Shown here one piece after another: positions 36,502-46,429 of a DNA stretch of 52,695 nucleotides (positions within the stretch are counted from its first letter, which is position 1; each line of letters begins with the position of its first letter). This DNA comes from an uncultured Campylobacterales bacterium (GTDB lineage Bacteria > Campylobacterota > Campylobacteria > Campylobacterales > QNZT01): the NCBI GenBank assembly GCA_964447385.1, contig CAYUSV010000002.1, positions 1-52,695 of the forward strand, given 5' to 3'. Position numbers and translations under genes: made by a program. The notes under the pieces are model-generated. The model was not told the origin of the DNA. It saw only the letters and a program-made list of their open reading frames with translations, and did no database searches.

Positions 36502-37777
36502 AAAAAAATCAATGCTTACTTCCCAAATAGAGTCTGTAACATACGATGCATCACAAGGAAAACTAGAATCAAGAATCACAAATATTCATAAAGATGACCC
36601 TTTAGCCCAAAGTGCATGGAATATCAATAATTTACTAGATCAGATAGAAACACTTATGAGAGAAACTGCTACATCTGTTGAACAATCTTTACCAAACAAT
36701 GACCATCGAAATATTTACTGTACAGGACTAAAAGGTGGATTTAAAACAAATGGCGACCACATTTCAAAAGGGGTTGAAGCGATCATAGAGTCCAATAAAG
36801 AGAAAATAAAAGGAGAACTTGGAACAAGGTTTGCCAATATCGGTGGAGGTGTAGAACAAGGGATTTCTACAATGAGAGATGGTGCTCTTAATACAACCAA
36901 CCATGTAAAAGAGATTAGCAATATTGCAGATACAACTGCACAAAAATCAAAGGAAAGTTTAAAAAAGACTTCAATATTGTCTGATAAAATTTACAATTTA
37001 TCAGAACTTATAGCTAACATCACACATGCTATAAACTCACTCAATGATAGAGCAGGTGAAATTACATCTATAGTGAACCTAATCAAAGATATCGCTGATC
37101 AAACTAATCTTCTTGCTCTAAATGCGGCCATAGAGGCAGCTCGTGCTGGTGAACATGGCAGAGGCTTTGCTGTAGTTGCTGATGAAGTGCGAAAATTGGC
37201 AGAAAGAACGCAAAAAGCAACTTCTGAAATATCTATCACAATCCAAACCCTACAACAAGAGACCAACCAAATGCAGACTAGTTCACAAGAGATAAATGCT
37301 ATCACTGTGGAGTCAAGTGATACTGTATTGGAGTTTCAAAACACAGTTGAAGAGTTAAATGAGATGGCACAAGCAACAGCACAATTAGCATATTCACTTG
37401 AGTTATCAAACTTTGTATCACTTGTAAAAGCTGATCATATCTCCTATAAGTCAAATGCCTATAGAGAGATTTTTAATGATAATCCAGAGATAATAGAGGG
37501 AGACCACAATAGTTGTAGACTTGGAAAATGGTACAACACAAAAGGTGAAGAGACATTTGGATCTTTACAACAATTTAAAAATATCAATGAACCGCATAAA
37601 ATTGTACACCACTATGCAAACAAAAATATTCAAGAGGTAATTGATAATGGTCTTACAGCCAAAACAATGGATATGCTAGTTGACAACTTTACAAAAATGG
37701 AAAAAGCTAGTACAACACTTTTTGAACTACTAGATGCTATAGTAGATGTAAAAACTAAATCAAAAGTAGTCTCATAG
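36470..37777 (+). CDS. soluble methyl-accepting chemotaxis protein with C-terminal CZB (zinc-binding) domain, TlpD-like
   Basis: No TM. Signalling hairpin ..[38 protein letters not shown]... CZB pattern HISY..(x)..CRLGKW..(x)..HKIVH. AAGGAG RBS before the ATG at 36470, which overlaps the PAS ORF by 32 nt. Confidence 0.88.
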   Translation: MIGLLQTSKTKKKSMLTSQIESVTYDASQGKLESRITNIHKDDPLAQSAWNINNLLDQIETLMRETATSVEQSLPNNDHRNIYCTGLKGGFKTNGDHISKGVEAIIESNKEKIKGELGTRFANIGGGVEQGISTMRDGALNTTNHVKEISNIADTTAQKSKESLKKTSILSDKIYNLSELIANITHAINSLNDRAGEITSIVNLIKDIADQTNLLALNAAIEAARAGEHGRGFAVVADEVRKLAERTQKATSEISITIQTLQQETNQMQTSSQEINAITVESSDTVLEFQNTVEELNEMAQATAQLAYSLELSNFVSLVKADHISYKSNAYREIFNDNPEIIEGDHNSCRLGKWYNTKGEETFGSLQQFKNINEPHKIVHHYANKNIQEVIDNGLTAKTMDMLVDNFTKMEKASTTLFELLDAIVDVKTKSKVVS

Positions 37778-38468
37778 GTTTAAAAAGCTTATGAGCATCA
37801 CTATCGGTAATAAAACTAATATTGTAAGGATGGGGCATTGTATGTTTTTTAAAGCTTTTAGCCTCATCTACTTTCTCTAAAACTTCTGCCATTTTTCCAA
37901 ATAAAATCAACTCTATCTCTTGATCTTTTAACTCACCAAGCAATCTTTTTACAAATTTACTCCAAGCCTTAACATGTTTTTTTGAGTCCTCTTTTGTTGT
38001 AAAAACCAAAGCCATATTTAAAAGCAACACTCCATTTTGTTCAAAATTATCTTTGAGTTGGTAGATAGTATTGATATAAAGTGTTTTATCTATTTTGGAA
38101 ACAGCATCTTTAGAAAAATCTTCTTTTAACTCTCCCTCACACAAAAGTGTCATCTTGATAAAATTTCTAAGACTTGTGGCACGATTAACCTCTTTTGAAA
38201 GTCCATTTTCACCAAATACCGACTCAACCTTCCCATCAATAAAAGCGTAACCAATAGCACTCTGCTCTCTTGGATATGGATCTTGTCCAAAAAGAATATA
38301 TTTTGTTTTATCCAATGGAAGTGTTTTAAAAGCATTTAGAAAATTATCTCTATCTGGAAAATATGAGTTATCAGTTTTCAAAAACTCCAAATACTCTTGC
38401 TCTAGCACTCCCAAAGAGTTCTCTAAAACAATTTGCCATGATGGGTGTATATTATCTAAGATTTGCAA
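37755..38468 (-). CDS. uracil-DNA glycosylase-like protein with divergent motifs
   Basis: ..FGQDPYP.. (UNG has GQDPYH), ..[10 protein letters not shown].., ..MPHPYNISF.. (UNG has HPSPLS). 237 aa. Confidence 0.6.
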   Translation of the reverse strand: MQILDNIHPSWQIVLENSLGVLEQEYLEFLKTDNSYFPDRDNFLNAFKTLPLDKTKYILFGQDPYPREQSAIGYAFIDGKVESVFGENGLSKEVNRATSLRNFIKMTLLCEGELKEDFSKDAVSKIDKTLYINTIYQLKDNFEQNGVLLLNMALVFTTKEDSKKHVKAWSKFVKRLLGELKDQEIELILFGKMAEVLEKVDEAKSFKKHTMPHPYNISFITDSDAHKLFKPMRLLLI

Positions 38469-38970
38469 TCCTTAAAATTAATTCTACTTCACCGATAGGC
38501 GTTCGCTCTCTTTTGGCAATCTCTTCAGCACTATATCCTGCTTTGTAAAGATCAACAATCGCTTTTTCGTTGATAAGTTTTGCATTATTTGACATTGTAG
38601 ATAATTTTGTATTCTCTTCAAGCCTATTGATTCTCTCATTTACATCATTGTTAATTCTTTTGATCTCAATTTCCATATCTTTAAGAGCTCTTATGGTTTT
38701 TAAAAGTGGATCACTTAGATCATCAAGCCTATCATTTAAGCCCTCTTCAATTTTACTAAGTGTCTGCTCAAAATTTGCAATATTTTCCAAACCAAAGTTT
38801 TGTGGGTCATCTTTTTGTTCAACTTTATGAAGCCTAGCGCTTAAATCATCAATCGCTACTTCATATGACTCTAACTGCTTTATAATCCCTCTATCTTTAT
38901 AATAAAAATAACTAATAAGCAACATCAAAACAATTGCAAAAGCAATAAAAGTAAGCATCTCTAAGATCAT
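38452..38970 (-). CDS. bitopic coiled-coil protein with C-terminal HTH-like segment
   Basis: 172 aa. N-terminal TM, long coiled coil, C-terminal ..[28 protein letters not shown]... Confidence 0.45.
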   Translation of the reverse strand: MILEMLTFIAFAIVLMLLISYFYYKDRGIIKQLESYEVAIDDLSARLHKVEQKDDPQNFGLENIANFEQTLSKIEEGLNDRLDDLSDPLLKTIRALKDMEIEIKRINNDVNERINRLEENTKLSTMSNNAKLINEKAIVDLYKAGYSAEEIAKRERTPIGEVELILRIANLR

Positions 38971-39488
38971 TTTTGTACCTTCATCTCTCTTATCATGATA
39001 CGCTCTCTAGCCGTAACATATGCATTCCAATCCTTTTGATCTTTCTCATGCATCAAAACAATCTGTGCTATATTTTTATCAACTGCTTTGACAAATATAG
39101 GCATCTCTCTCTTTGGAAAAACAGGCATTTCTATACGACAATAGTACTCTTCCTCTGCCTTAAGAAAATCATCTTCAATCTTAATATGATCAAATCCAAT
39201 TTCACAAATCTTTGCACCTTGTTTTAAGCTCAAAAGTTCTCTCTCTTCATTTTTTATCAATGCCGTCAAAAGGTCAACTTTTTTATGGAGCTCCACCAAA
39301 AGCGTCAATAAAACATCATCACTATCACTTGTCTCGCCTCTAGCTTTAGCAAGTTTGAGCCACTGTCCTACTGCGTCTTCCTCAAAATCAGACAATACAC
39401 GATACTCTTTTTTAAAAGCCTCATCACACACTCCATGCATAGATTCCAAGTGTATGTTTAAAACGCTTTTAACAAGTCTGATATCCAT
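38967..39488 (-). CDS. hypothetical protein, possibly a degenerate PilZ-like domain
   Basis: 173 aa. The C-terminal half looks like a beta-barrel, but canonical RxxxR and DxSxxG motifs are not both present. 4-nt overlap downstream. Confidence 0.35.
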   Translation of the reverse strand: MDIRLVKSVLNIHLESMHGVCDEAFKKEYRVLSDFEEDAVGQWLKLAKARGETSDSDDVLLTLLVELHKKVDLLTALIKNEERELLSLKQGAKICEIGFDHIKIEDDFLKAEEEYYCRIEMPVFPKREMPIFVKAVDKNIAQIVLMHEKDQKDWNAYVTARERIMIREMKVQK

Positions 39489-40346
39489 TTAAATAGCCTT
39501 ATCAATTATCACAAAAATCAAAAACATTATACCTAGATAACCATTAAGAGTAAAAAAAACTTTATTAATCTTGGTAAAATCTCTATTTACTATCACATGT
39601 TCAAAATACAAAATTACAGCCGAAGCAACTACTGCTAAAAAAACAAAAAAACCACTCATTGAGAAATAAGCAAAAAAGAGCCAAAACAAAACAGCAAGCA
39701 TATGAAAAATTTTTGATAAAAAAAGTGTACATTTTGAACCATAAATAGAGGGAATTGAGTGAAGTTTTACCTCTTTATCATACTCAATATCCTGCAAAGA
39801 GTACAAAAGATCAAATCCAGCTACCCAAAACATCACACCAATAGAGAGAAAAATCGACCAAAGCGTTATCTGCCCTTCTACTGCAACTACACCAGCAATT
39901 GGTGCAAGCCCCAAAGAGAGCCCAAGAATAAGATGAGCAAAAGAGGAAAATCTTTTAAAAAGAGAATAACCACCCAAAATCACAAGTATAGGAAATGAGA
40001 GCCAAAATGCCAGAGTGTTTATAAAATAAGCAACAACAACAAATATAAAAGCGTTTAAACATGTAAAAAATAAAATTGTATTTTTATTTAACCTGCCATC
40101 AACACTTGGTCTATTTGCTGTTCTTGGATTATCTTTATCGATATCAATATCAACATAACGGTTAAACCCCATCGCAAAATTTCGTGCACTAACAGCTGCT
40201 AAAACACCTAAAACAAAAAGTTTCCAACCAAACCAGCCATCAGCAGAGACAATCATAGCAATAAAGATAAAAGGGAGTGAAAAAATAGAGTGTTTAAACA
40301 TAACTAATTCATTTAAATCACCTAATATCTTTAAAATTTTTTGCAC
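39489..40346 (-). CDS. UbiA-family aromatic prenyltransferase (menaquinone/futalosine-route candidate)
   Basis: 285 aa, ~8 TM. ..NRYVDIDIDKDNPRTANRP.. Asp-rich motif. Confidence 0.8.
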   Translation of the reverse strand: MQKILKILGDLNELVMFKHSIFSLPFIFIAMIVSADGWFGWKLFVLGVLAAVSARNFAMGFNRYVDIDIDKDNPRTANRPSVDGRLNKNTILFFTCLNAFIFVVVAYFINTLAFWLSFPILVILGGYSLFKRFSSFAHLILGLSLGLAPIAGVVAVEGQITLWSIFLSIGVMFWVAGFDLLYSLQDIEYDKEVKLHSIPSIYGSKCTLFLSKIFHMLAVLFWLFFAYFSMSGFFVFLAVVASAVILYFEHVIVNRDFTKINKVFFTLNGYLGIMFLIFVIIDKAI

Positions 40347-40493
40347 TTTTTATCACCTTTATATAAAAATAGTTTCATATGCTACTAAAATTTAACAAAA
40401 TAATACAAGTTTTAAATAAATCTTATAAATTTTAATATAGTTAAAAAATAAGTCCACATGAGGTATCATCACTTATCTTAAAAAATTATCAAT

Positions 40494-41336
40494 TTGGAGT
40501 GTAGTATAATTATTAAACAATTTATATATAAATTTGAAGTAATGAGCGCTCCTGCTGAGCTTATTCTCTTTACCGATGTAAAATCAAAAGCCGATAATAT
40601 TGCCGAATCGGTTCTTCGTGAAGCTAAAAGATTGGAGAACAAATATAACTATTATGATCCAAATTCTCTTCTATCAAAAATAAATCAACGAACTGGAAAT
40701 AGGCTAGATGCTGAAAGTAAATCCCTCTTGCAAAGAGCAAAGCAGTATTATAAACTCACTGACAAAATTTTTGATATCACCATTGCTACGGTAAAAGACC
40801 TATATATCTCTCAAAAATCAACTTCCTCTTTATTTAAAGAAAAAGCAACACTTATAAATTTTGTAGGCTGTGAACATTTTGAGATCAAAAAAGATAAAAT
40901 CATATTTGACAATGAATATACCAAAATCGATCTTGGTGGTTTTGTTAAAGAATATGCAGTTGACAGAGCTGTAAATATAATTATAAAAAACAAAATAAAA
41001 TCAGCACTTATCAATTTTGGTGGTGATATTTATGCTATTGGGAGAAAACCAAACGGTACAAAATTCAAAGTCGGAATCAAAAACCCAAAAGATAAAACAA
41101 AACATATAAAATTTATTGAGATAGAAAATCAAGCGTTAACTACCTCAGCATCGTATGAAAGAAACTATAAGATTGAAAATCAAGACTATTCACACATCAT
41201 TTCAAAAAACTTACCAGTTAACAATCATACATCTGCAACAGTAATTTCAAAAAACTGTGTAGAGAGTGGTGTTTTCTCAACCTCTTTGATAATAAATCCT
41301 AATTTAAAAACCAAAAATAAAATATTTCTTTTTTAA
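40494..41336 (+). CDS. apbE: FAD:protein FMN transferase (ApbE family)
   Basis: ..FEVMSAPAELILF.., ..DLGGFVKEYAVDRA.., ..INFGGDIYAIG.., ..TSASYER..HII.. ApbE motifs. The start is uncertain: TTG 40494 versus ATG 40542. No signal peptide seen. Confidence 0.75.
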   Translation: MECSIIIKQFIYKFEVMSAPAELILFTDVKSKADNIAESVLREAKRLENKYNYYDPNSLLSKINQRTGNRLDAESKSLLQRAKQYYKLTDKIFDITIATVKDLYISQKSTSSLFKEKATLINFVGCEHFEIKKDKIIFDNEYTKIDLGGFVKEYAVDRAVNIIIKNKIKSALINFGGDIYAIGRKPNGTKFKVGIKNPKDKTKHIKFIEIENQALTTSASYERNYKIENQDYSHIISKNLPVNNHTSATVISKNCVESGVFSTSLIINPNLKTKNKIFLF

Positions 41337-41405
41337 TCCTGTTAACATTTTATTAACAAGAATTGTGATATAATTGTGGAAATCGGTATGTAGAGGATAA
41401 AAATT

Positions 41406-42041
41406 ATGAGTAGAGTATTATTATTAGAGGATGATAAAGTTTTAGCAAAAACAATGCAGATTGGCTTACAAGATGAAGGATTTGATGTGATTGTTATAAA
41501 AGAACCAAAAGAGGCATTTAGAAGAGCATCAACTGAACAATTTGATCTCTATTTGTTAGATATCAACACTCCTTTTATTGAAAGCTTTGATCTTTTAACA
41601 GAGCTAAGAGAAACCGGAGATAGAACTCCTGCATTTTTTGTTACAGCACTTAAAGATCTTGGATCACTTTCAAAAAACTACGATACAGGTATAGATGACT
41701 ATATCAAAAAACCTTTTCAAATAGATGATCTTTTAGTTCGCATAAAAGCAAGTATCAGTAAAAAGTTTGACTTTTTAGACTATGGGGCTCTTAAATACGA
41801 CCCACTAAACAAACGAGTTATATCTAACAACAAAGAGATTCATATGACACATGTTGAGCGGAATATTTTTGATCTTTTGATTAGAAACTTAGAGCAAAAT
41901 ATCACTAAAGAGCAGTTTTTTGAAGTTATGGAGAGACCTTCCGAAATGGCCCTAAGAGTACATATTAATAAATTAAAACACAAATTAAATATCGCTATCA
42001 AAAACGCAAGAGGTATAGGATATAGGCTTGAAAAGTTGTAG
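41406..42041 (+). CDS. OmpR-family response regulator (no cognate kinase adjacent)
   Basis: REC (..LLLEDD..DLYLLDINTP..K) plus a winged-helix C-terminus (..VHINKLKHKL..RGIGYRL). TGaTATAAT upstream at ~41372-41380. Confidence 0.85.
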   Translation: MSRVLLLEDDKVLAKTMQIGLQDEGFDVIVIKEPKEAFRRASTEQFDLYLLDINTPFIESFDLLTELRETGDRTPAFFVTALKDLGSLSKNYDTGIDDYIKKPFQIDDLLVRIKASISKKFDFLDYGALKYDPLNKRVISNNKEIHMTHVERNIFDLLIRNLEQNITKEQFFEVMERPSEMALRVHINKLKHKLNIAIKNARGIGYRLEKL

Positions 42042-42045
42042 TAAT

Positions 42046-42576
42046 ATGAGAGGTTTTTACAGAAATAATCTTATCTTAGTTGTCATCTTCGCAATCATAT
42101 TTTTTATAGGTTGCGCTGGTGGTACAGCTACGAACCAAATAAACATTAAAAAAACACGATTTCAAAGTGCTTCAATAGAAAAAGTAATACTTTTACAAAC
42201 AACTAAAGATAAAACATCATGTGCCATTTGCGGTATGAGCTTACCAACATTTTATAAAACAAATCATGTGGCAGATACTAAAATGGGCATAAAACAGTAC
42301 TGCTCTATCCATTGTGTAATGCATGACAACGAACTAAACAAGACAAACCTCAAAAACCTCCGAGTTGTAGATACAAATAGCCTAGAATTTATCCCCGCAC
42401 TAAAAGCTTATTATGTAGTAGGCAGCTCAAAACCAGCAACCATGAGTCGTGTAAGTAAATATGCATTTAGCAAAAAATCAGAAGCTACAACATTTGCCAA
42501 AAAATTTGGTGGCAAAATCGTCAAGTTTTACAAAGCTTATGATGAAGCAACCAAAGACTTTACCAAAAAGCACTAG
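42046..42576 (+). CDS. NosL-like lipoprotein C (CAICGM motif)
   Basis: Lipobox FIGC. ..CAICGMSL.. then ..AYYVVGSSKPATMSRVSKYAFSKKSEATTFAKKFGGKIVKF... ATG 42046 lies 4 nt after the regulator stop. The alternative TTG at 42028 overlaps it. Confidence 0.65.
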   Translation: MRGFYRNNLILVVIFAIIFFIGCAGGTATNQINIKKTRFQSASIEKVILLQTTKDKTSCAICGMSLPTFYKTNHVADTKMGIKQYCSIHCVMHDNELNKTNLKNLRVVDTNSLEFIPALKAYYVVGSSKPATMSRVSKYAFSKKSEATTFAKKFGGKIVKFYKAYDEATKDFTKKH

Positions 42577-43598
42577 TGCCAAACACCTTCAAGGGTATAG
42601 CCACAATATGGGCAAAGTCCATTTTCATCAAGTTCATTGCTAACTTGCTCTCCAATATATCCTATCCTGTCAATCACTCTTTTACTACATTTTGGACAAT
42701 AAGTTGACTCATGATCTTCATCATCAATATTTCCAACATAAAGATATTTTAACCCCTCCTCTTTGCCTATTTTATAAGCTTTTAGTAGTGTCGAAGCTGG
42801 TGTACGAGGTACATCAAGCATTTTGTATGTCGGATGAAATGCAGAGATATGCCATGGTATAGATGAACCTACACTTGCAATAAATTTAGCGATACTTCTT
42901 ATCTCTTCATCGGAATCATTACGACCGGGGATTAAGAGTGTCGTTATCTCTATCCAAATCCCTTTTTTATGAGCATATTTGACACACTCAAGTACCGGTT
43001 TTAGTCTTGCGCCACAAATCTCTTTATAAAATTCATCACTAAAAGATTTGATATCTATGTTCATCCCATCAATATAAGGATAGAGTAGATCAAGAGCTTT
43101 ATGTGTCTCAAATCCACTAGTAACATAAATATTTTTCAACCCTTTTTGATGTGCTAATTTTGCCGTATCATATGTATACTCAAAAAAGACAATTGGCTCA
43201 TTGTAGGTGTAGGCGATTGACTCACACCCTTGCTCTATGGCAAGTTCAACGATACGCAAAGGCGGAAGCTCTTGTCCTACAATTTGAAGATTATGTTCTT
43301 TTGGATATTGAGAGATATCATGATTTTGACAAAACTTACATGAGAAATTGCATCCAACAGTTCCTATGGAAAACGCCCTACTCTGTGGCAAAAAATGAAA
43401 CATCGGCTTCTTCTCTACCGGATCAACATTTACAGCAGCGGAGAGTCCATACACAAGCAGTTTAAGCTCACCACCTTCAACTTTCCTAACACCGCAAATA
43501 CCATACTCACCCTCATCTAACCTGCAAGCTTGAGCACAAGCTTCACACAATATCTTTCCACTATTTAGTTTTTTACTAAGCCATGCTGTTTTTGACAT
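42573..43598 (-). CDS. AmmeMemoRadiSam-type radical SAM enzyme
   Basis: N-terminal Cys cluster (CEACAQAC..C), ..DPVEKKPMFHFLP.., ..GCNFSCKFCQNHDIS.. and a C-terminal CPKC..CPYC Zn-ribbon. Confidence 0.7.
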   Translation of the reverse strand: MSKTAWLSKKLNSGKILCEACAQACRLDEGEYGICGVRKVEGGELKLLVYGLSAAVNVDPVEKKPMFHFLPQSRAFSIGTVGCNFSCKFCQNHDISQYPKEHNLQIVGQELPPLRIVELAIEQGCESIAYTYNEPIVFFEYTYDTAKLAHQKGLKNIYVTSGFETHKALDLLYPYIDGMNIDIKSFSDEFYKEICGARLKPVLECVKYAHKKGIWIEITTLLIPGRNDSDEEIRSIAKFIASVGSSIPWHISAFHPTYKMLDVPRTPASTLLKAYKIGKEEGLKYLYVGNIDDEDHESTYCPKCSKRVIDRIGYIGEQVSNELDENGLCPYCGYTLEGVWH

Positions 43599-43747
43599 GC
43601 TATCCTCCTCACGTAATTTTTCTCTAAATTATACTCCAAATTAATTTTACATACCCTAGTAAGTAATAGAACACAACTATTACTTATAAACAATTACTAC
43701 ATATTCTATCGATACAATTTTATATATCATTAAACAGGAGAAGTATT

Positions 43748-44185
43748 ATGTGGAAAAACTTTTATGTAAAGGGGGCACGACTTTTTGACTATTTGGGTTC
43801 TTTTGCTCTGCTTGGGGCTAGACTTACGGTTGCATATGGATTTTTCAAACCAGCTATGATGAAATTTGCCGATATCGGTGCTACAGCTAAATGGTTTGGT
43901 AGTATGGGCATACCTTTTCCTACCCTAAACGCTTACATGGCAGCAACCACGGAGATGTTAGGTGTAATTCTTTTGACTCTTGGACTTTTTACAAGAATTA
44001 TCTCCCTACCTTTGATAGTGATTATGATTGTAGCGATCACTACTGTACACCTAGGAAATGGCTTTGATGCTGGTGATAATGGTTTTGAGATACCTCTTTA
44101 TTATATACTTTTTCTATTAATTTTTCTTTCACATGGTGGTGGAAAATTTAGCATAGATCATCTTTTATTTAAAAATGACAAATAA
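43748..44185 (+). CDS. DoxX-family membrane protein
   Basis: 145 aa, four TM. ..LLGARLTVAYGFF..G..K.. DoxX-like N-terminus. CAGGAG RBS. Confidence 0.7.
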   Translation: MWKNFYVKGARLFDYLGSFALLGARLTVAYGFFKPAMMKFADIGATAKWFGSMGIPFPTLNAYMAATTEMLGVILLTLGLFTRIISLPLIVIMIVAITTVHLGNGFDAGDNGFEIPLYYILFLLIFLSHGGGKFSIDHLLFKNDK

Positions 44186-44224
44186 TCCGGGTTAAATATA
44201 TTATCATGTATACTACCACTCATC

Positions 44225-45115
44225 ATGAAAGAGATCGCCATACTAGGTGCAACTGCATCTGGGAAAACAGCACTTGCTATAGAAATTGCAAAAGAGATAG
44301 ATGCAAATATACTCTCACTTGACTCTTTAAGCATATATAAAGAGGTTGATATCGTCTCGGCCAAACCTACTATCAAAGAGAGAGAGGAGATAAAGCATTA
44401 TGGAATTGATGAGCTTTGCATAAACGAATATTTTAGTGCCGTTACCTTTTTCAATCTATATAAAAGAGCAAAAGAAGACTCTCTAAAAAATAACAAACAC
44501 CTCATCATAGTAGGAGGTACAAGCTTTTATCTAAAATCGATGATAGATGGACTCTCCGTCAAACTTACTGTATCAAGCAAGACAAAAGAGAAAATTGCAA
44601 AACAACTTTTAGATCCTTCATCTGCCTTTTTAACGATAAAAAAGTTAGATCCTATATATGCAACAAAAATTTCTCTCAACGATCGTTATAGAATAGAAAA
44701 ATGGTATGAAATCTATTATGAAAGCAAAGAGATAGCAACAGATTATTTTACTAAAAATCAAAAAAAAGCAATTATCAATGATATCTCTATTTTTGATATA
44801 TCAATAGATAGAGAAAAATCAAGAGAAAAAATCAACCAAAGAACACTACAAATGATAAAAAATGGACTCATAGAGGAAGTTTTTTACCTAGAGAAAAAAT
44901 ATACCCGCACTCCAACAGCTATGAATGCAATAGGAATTAAAGAAACCTTGGCATTTCTTGATGGTAAAATTGATAAAAAAGAGCTTATAGCGCTTATAAC
45001 TATCCACACTTCGCAATTAGCAAAAAGGCAAGAGACCTTTAACAAATCGCAGTTTCCTAACAGAATTAAACTACTTAAAGATGACTTAAGTAAAAAAATA
45101 AAGTCAATCTTTTAA
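44225..45115 (+). CDS. miaA: tRNA dimethylallyltransferase
   Basis: ..ILGATASGKTALAIEIA.. P-loop, ..SLDSLSIYKEVDIVSAKP.., ..IIVGGTSFYLKS... Confidence 0.9.
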   Translation: MKEIAILGATASGKTALAIEIAKEIDANILSLDSLSIYKEVDIVSAKPTIKEREEIKHYGIDELCINEYFSAVTFFNLYKRAKEDSLKNNKHLIIVGGTSFYLKSMIDGLSVKLTVSSKTKEKIAKQLLDPSSAFLTIKKLDPIYATKISLNDRYRIEKWYEIYYESKEIATDYFTKNQKKAIINDISIFDISIDREKSREKINQRTLQMIKNGLIEEVFYLEKKYTRTPTAMNAIGIKETLAFLDGKIDKKELIALITIHTSQLAKRQETFNKSQFPNRIKLLKDDLSKKIKSIF

Positions 45116-45235
45116 TTAAAATATTATATTAAGTAAAATAAAGTTTTAATTATTTACACAAAATAATGTTTTTTTAACATTTATACTGTAAAATGGCATC
45201 ATCTAACGATAATCACAATATTAAAAGGATTGCGG

Positions 45236-46429
45236 ATGAAAAAAATATTACTATGTTCAGTACTAGCTTCTTCCTTGCTCATAGGAGCTGAAAAAGCCTA
45301 TGAACTTGGAGTCAATGCAGGTATGACATCCATCAAAAATGATAAAAATATAAAGTTGGAAAATGCAACTTTTGGTTTTACTCTTCAAAAAAATAGACCA
45401 GGACTAAAACCTAGACTTGATTTTGAATATGTCAGAATTCAAGAAAACAACATAACAGTAAGTTCACTCATAAAAGGTTCTGTAAATGCTGTTTATGAGT
45501 TTATGCCGGAATCTAGTTTTTTTCCATATCTTATAGCTGGTATCGGTTATGAAAATGTTTCGGATCCAAGAAAAAAGAAAAATTTTGAATTTGAGAGCCA
45601 TGCATTTATGCAAGGTGGTGGTGGGGTTGGCTATAGAATCGGAGATAATGACCTTGTTCTTCGAGCAGAAGCAAGGGTATTTCAAGTTATCGGAGGAGAC
45701 AAAGATGAAGAGAATGAAGTCATAACTACCATAGGTCTTAGTATTCCATTTGGTGCAATTCCTCTCCCACCTGAACCAAAACTACAAATTGTAGATACAG
45801 ATGGTGATGGTGTTATGGATGAACTTGACAAATGTCCTGATACTCCACAAGGTGTTGCTGTAGATGGTGCGGGATGCCCACTTCCTGTGCCAAAGCCTCA
45901 AATTATCAAAGAGATCAGAGAGACTATTCCTGTAGGATTTGACAACAACGAGTGCCCAGTCAAGATAGATGAACCAGATCGCGACCGTGATGGTGTTGAA
46001 GATAGCATAGACCAGTGTCCAAATACGCCATGCGATTTTTCAGTGGACACAAAAGGTTGTCCAGTCAAAGCAAATCTTAGAATCCACTTTGAAACAGACA
46101 AAGCAAGAATTACCGAATATTCAAGACCTTTGGTAGAAAAATTTGCAGACTTTCTTGTAACCAACAAAGGTAGTCTAGTACATATCATCGGGCATACAGA
46201 CTGGAGAGCTTCAGATAACTACAACATGATTTTATCTAAAAAAAGAGCAAAAAGTGTTAGAGATGCGTTAATAGAGCTTGGAGTAAGCGCATCAAGGCTC
46301 TCTACAGAAGGAAAAGGCGAAAGTGAGCCAATGGCAACAAATAAAACACAAGAGGGTATGGCTCTAAATAGAAGAATAGAGGTTCAACTAACTTATCCTC
46401 AAGAGATAAATCCAGGAGGAGAAATATAA
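45236..46429 (+). CDS. OmpA-family outer-membrane protein with thrombospondin type-3 (Ca-binding) repeats
   Basis: Signal peptide and a beta-barrel-like N-domain. DTDGDGVMDELDKCPDTP / DRDRDGVEDSIDQCPNTP repeats. OmpA_C motif ..GHTD..SDNYNMILSKKRAKSV..NRRIEV. ATG 45236 (AAGGA RBS) is preferred over TTG 45230. Confidence 0.85.
   Translation: MKKILLCSVLASSLLIGAEKAYELGVNAGMTSIKNDKNIKLENATFGFTLQKNRPGLKPRLDFEYVRIQENNITVSSLIKGSVNAVYEFMPESSFFPYLIAGIGYENVSDPRKKKNFEFESHAFMQGGGGVGYRIGDNDLVLRAEARVFQVIGGDKDEENEVITTIGLSIPFGAIPLPPEPKLQIVDTDGDGVMDELDKCPDTPQGVAVDGAGCPLPVPKPQIIKEIRETIPVGFDNNECPVKIDEPDRDRDGVEDSIDQCPNTPCDFSVDTKGCPVKANLRIHFETDKARITEYSRPLVEKFADFLVTNKGSLVHIIGHTDWRASDNYNMILSKKRAKSVRDALIELGVSASRLSTEGKGESEPMATNKTQEGMALNRRIEVQLTYPQEINPGGEI

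Noticed and set aside
36500-36508. A9 tract at the PAS/MCP junction as a phase-variation or frameshift-fusion site
   Set aside because: The PAS stop codon TAA forms the start of the tract, so length changes cannot fuse the ORFs. An in-frame ATG at 36512 would rescue MCP translation. A9 runs are common in this AT-rich DNA (for example 28217-28225).
45189-45212. Sigma-28-like TAAA...CGATAA before the OmpA gene (and a similar TAAA...CGATAC at 43687-43715)
   Set aside because: The spacing between the elements is off by 2-3 nt relative to the four good sites.
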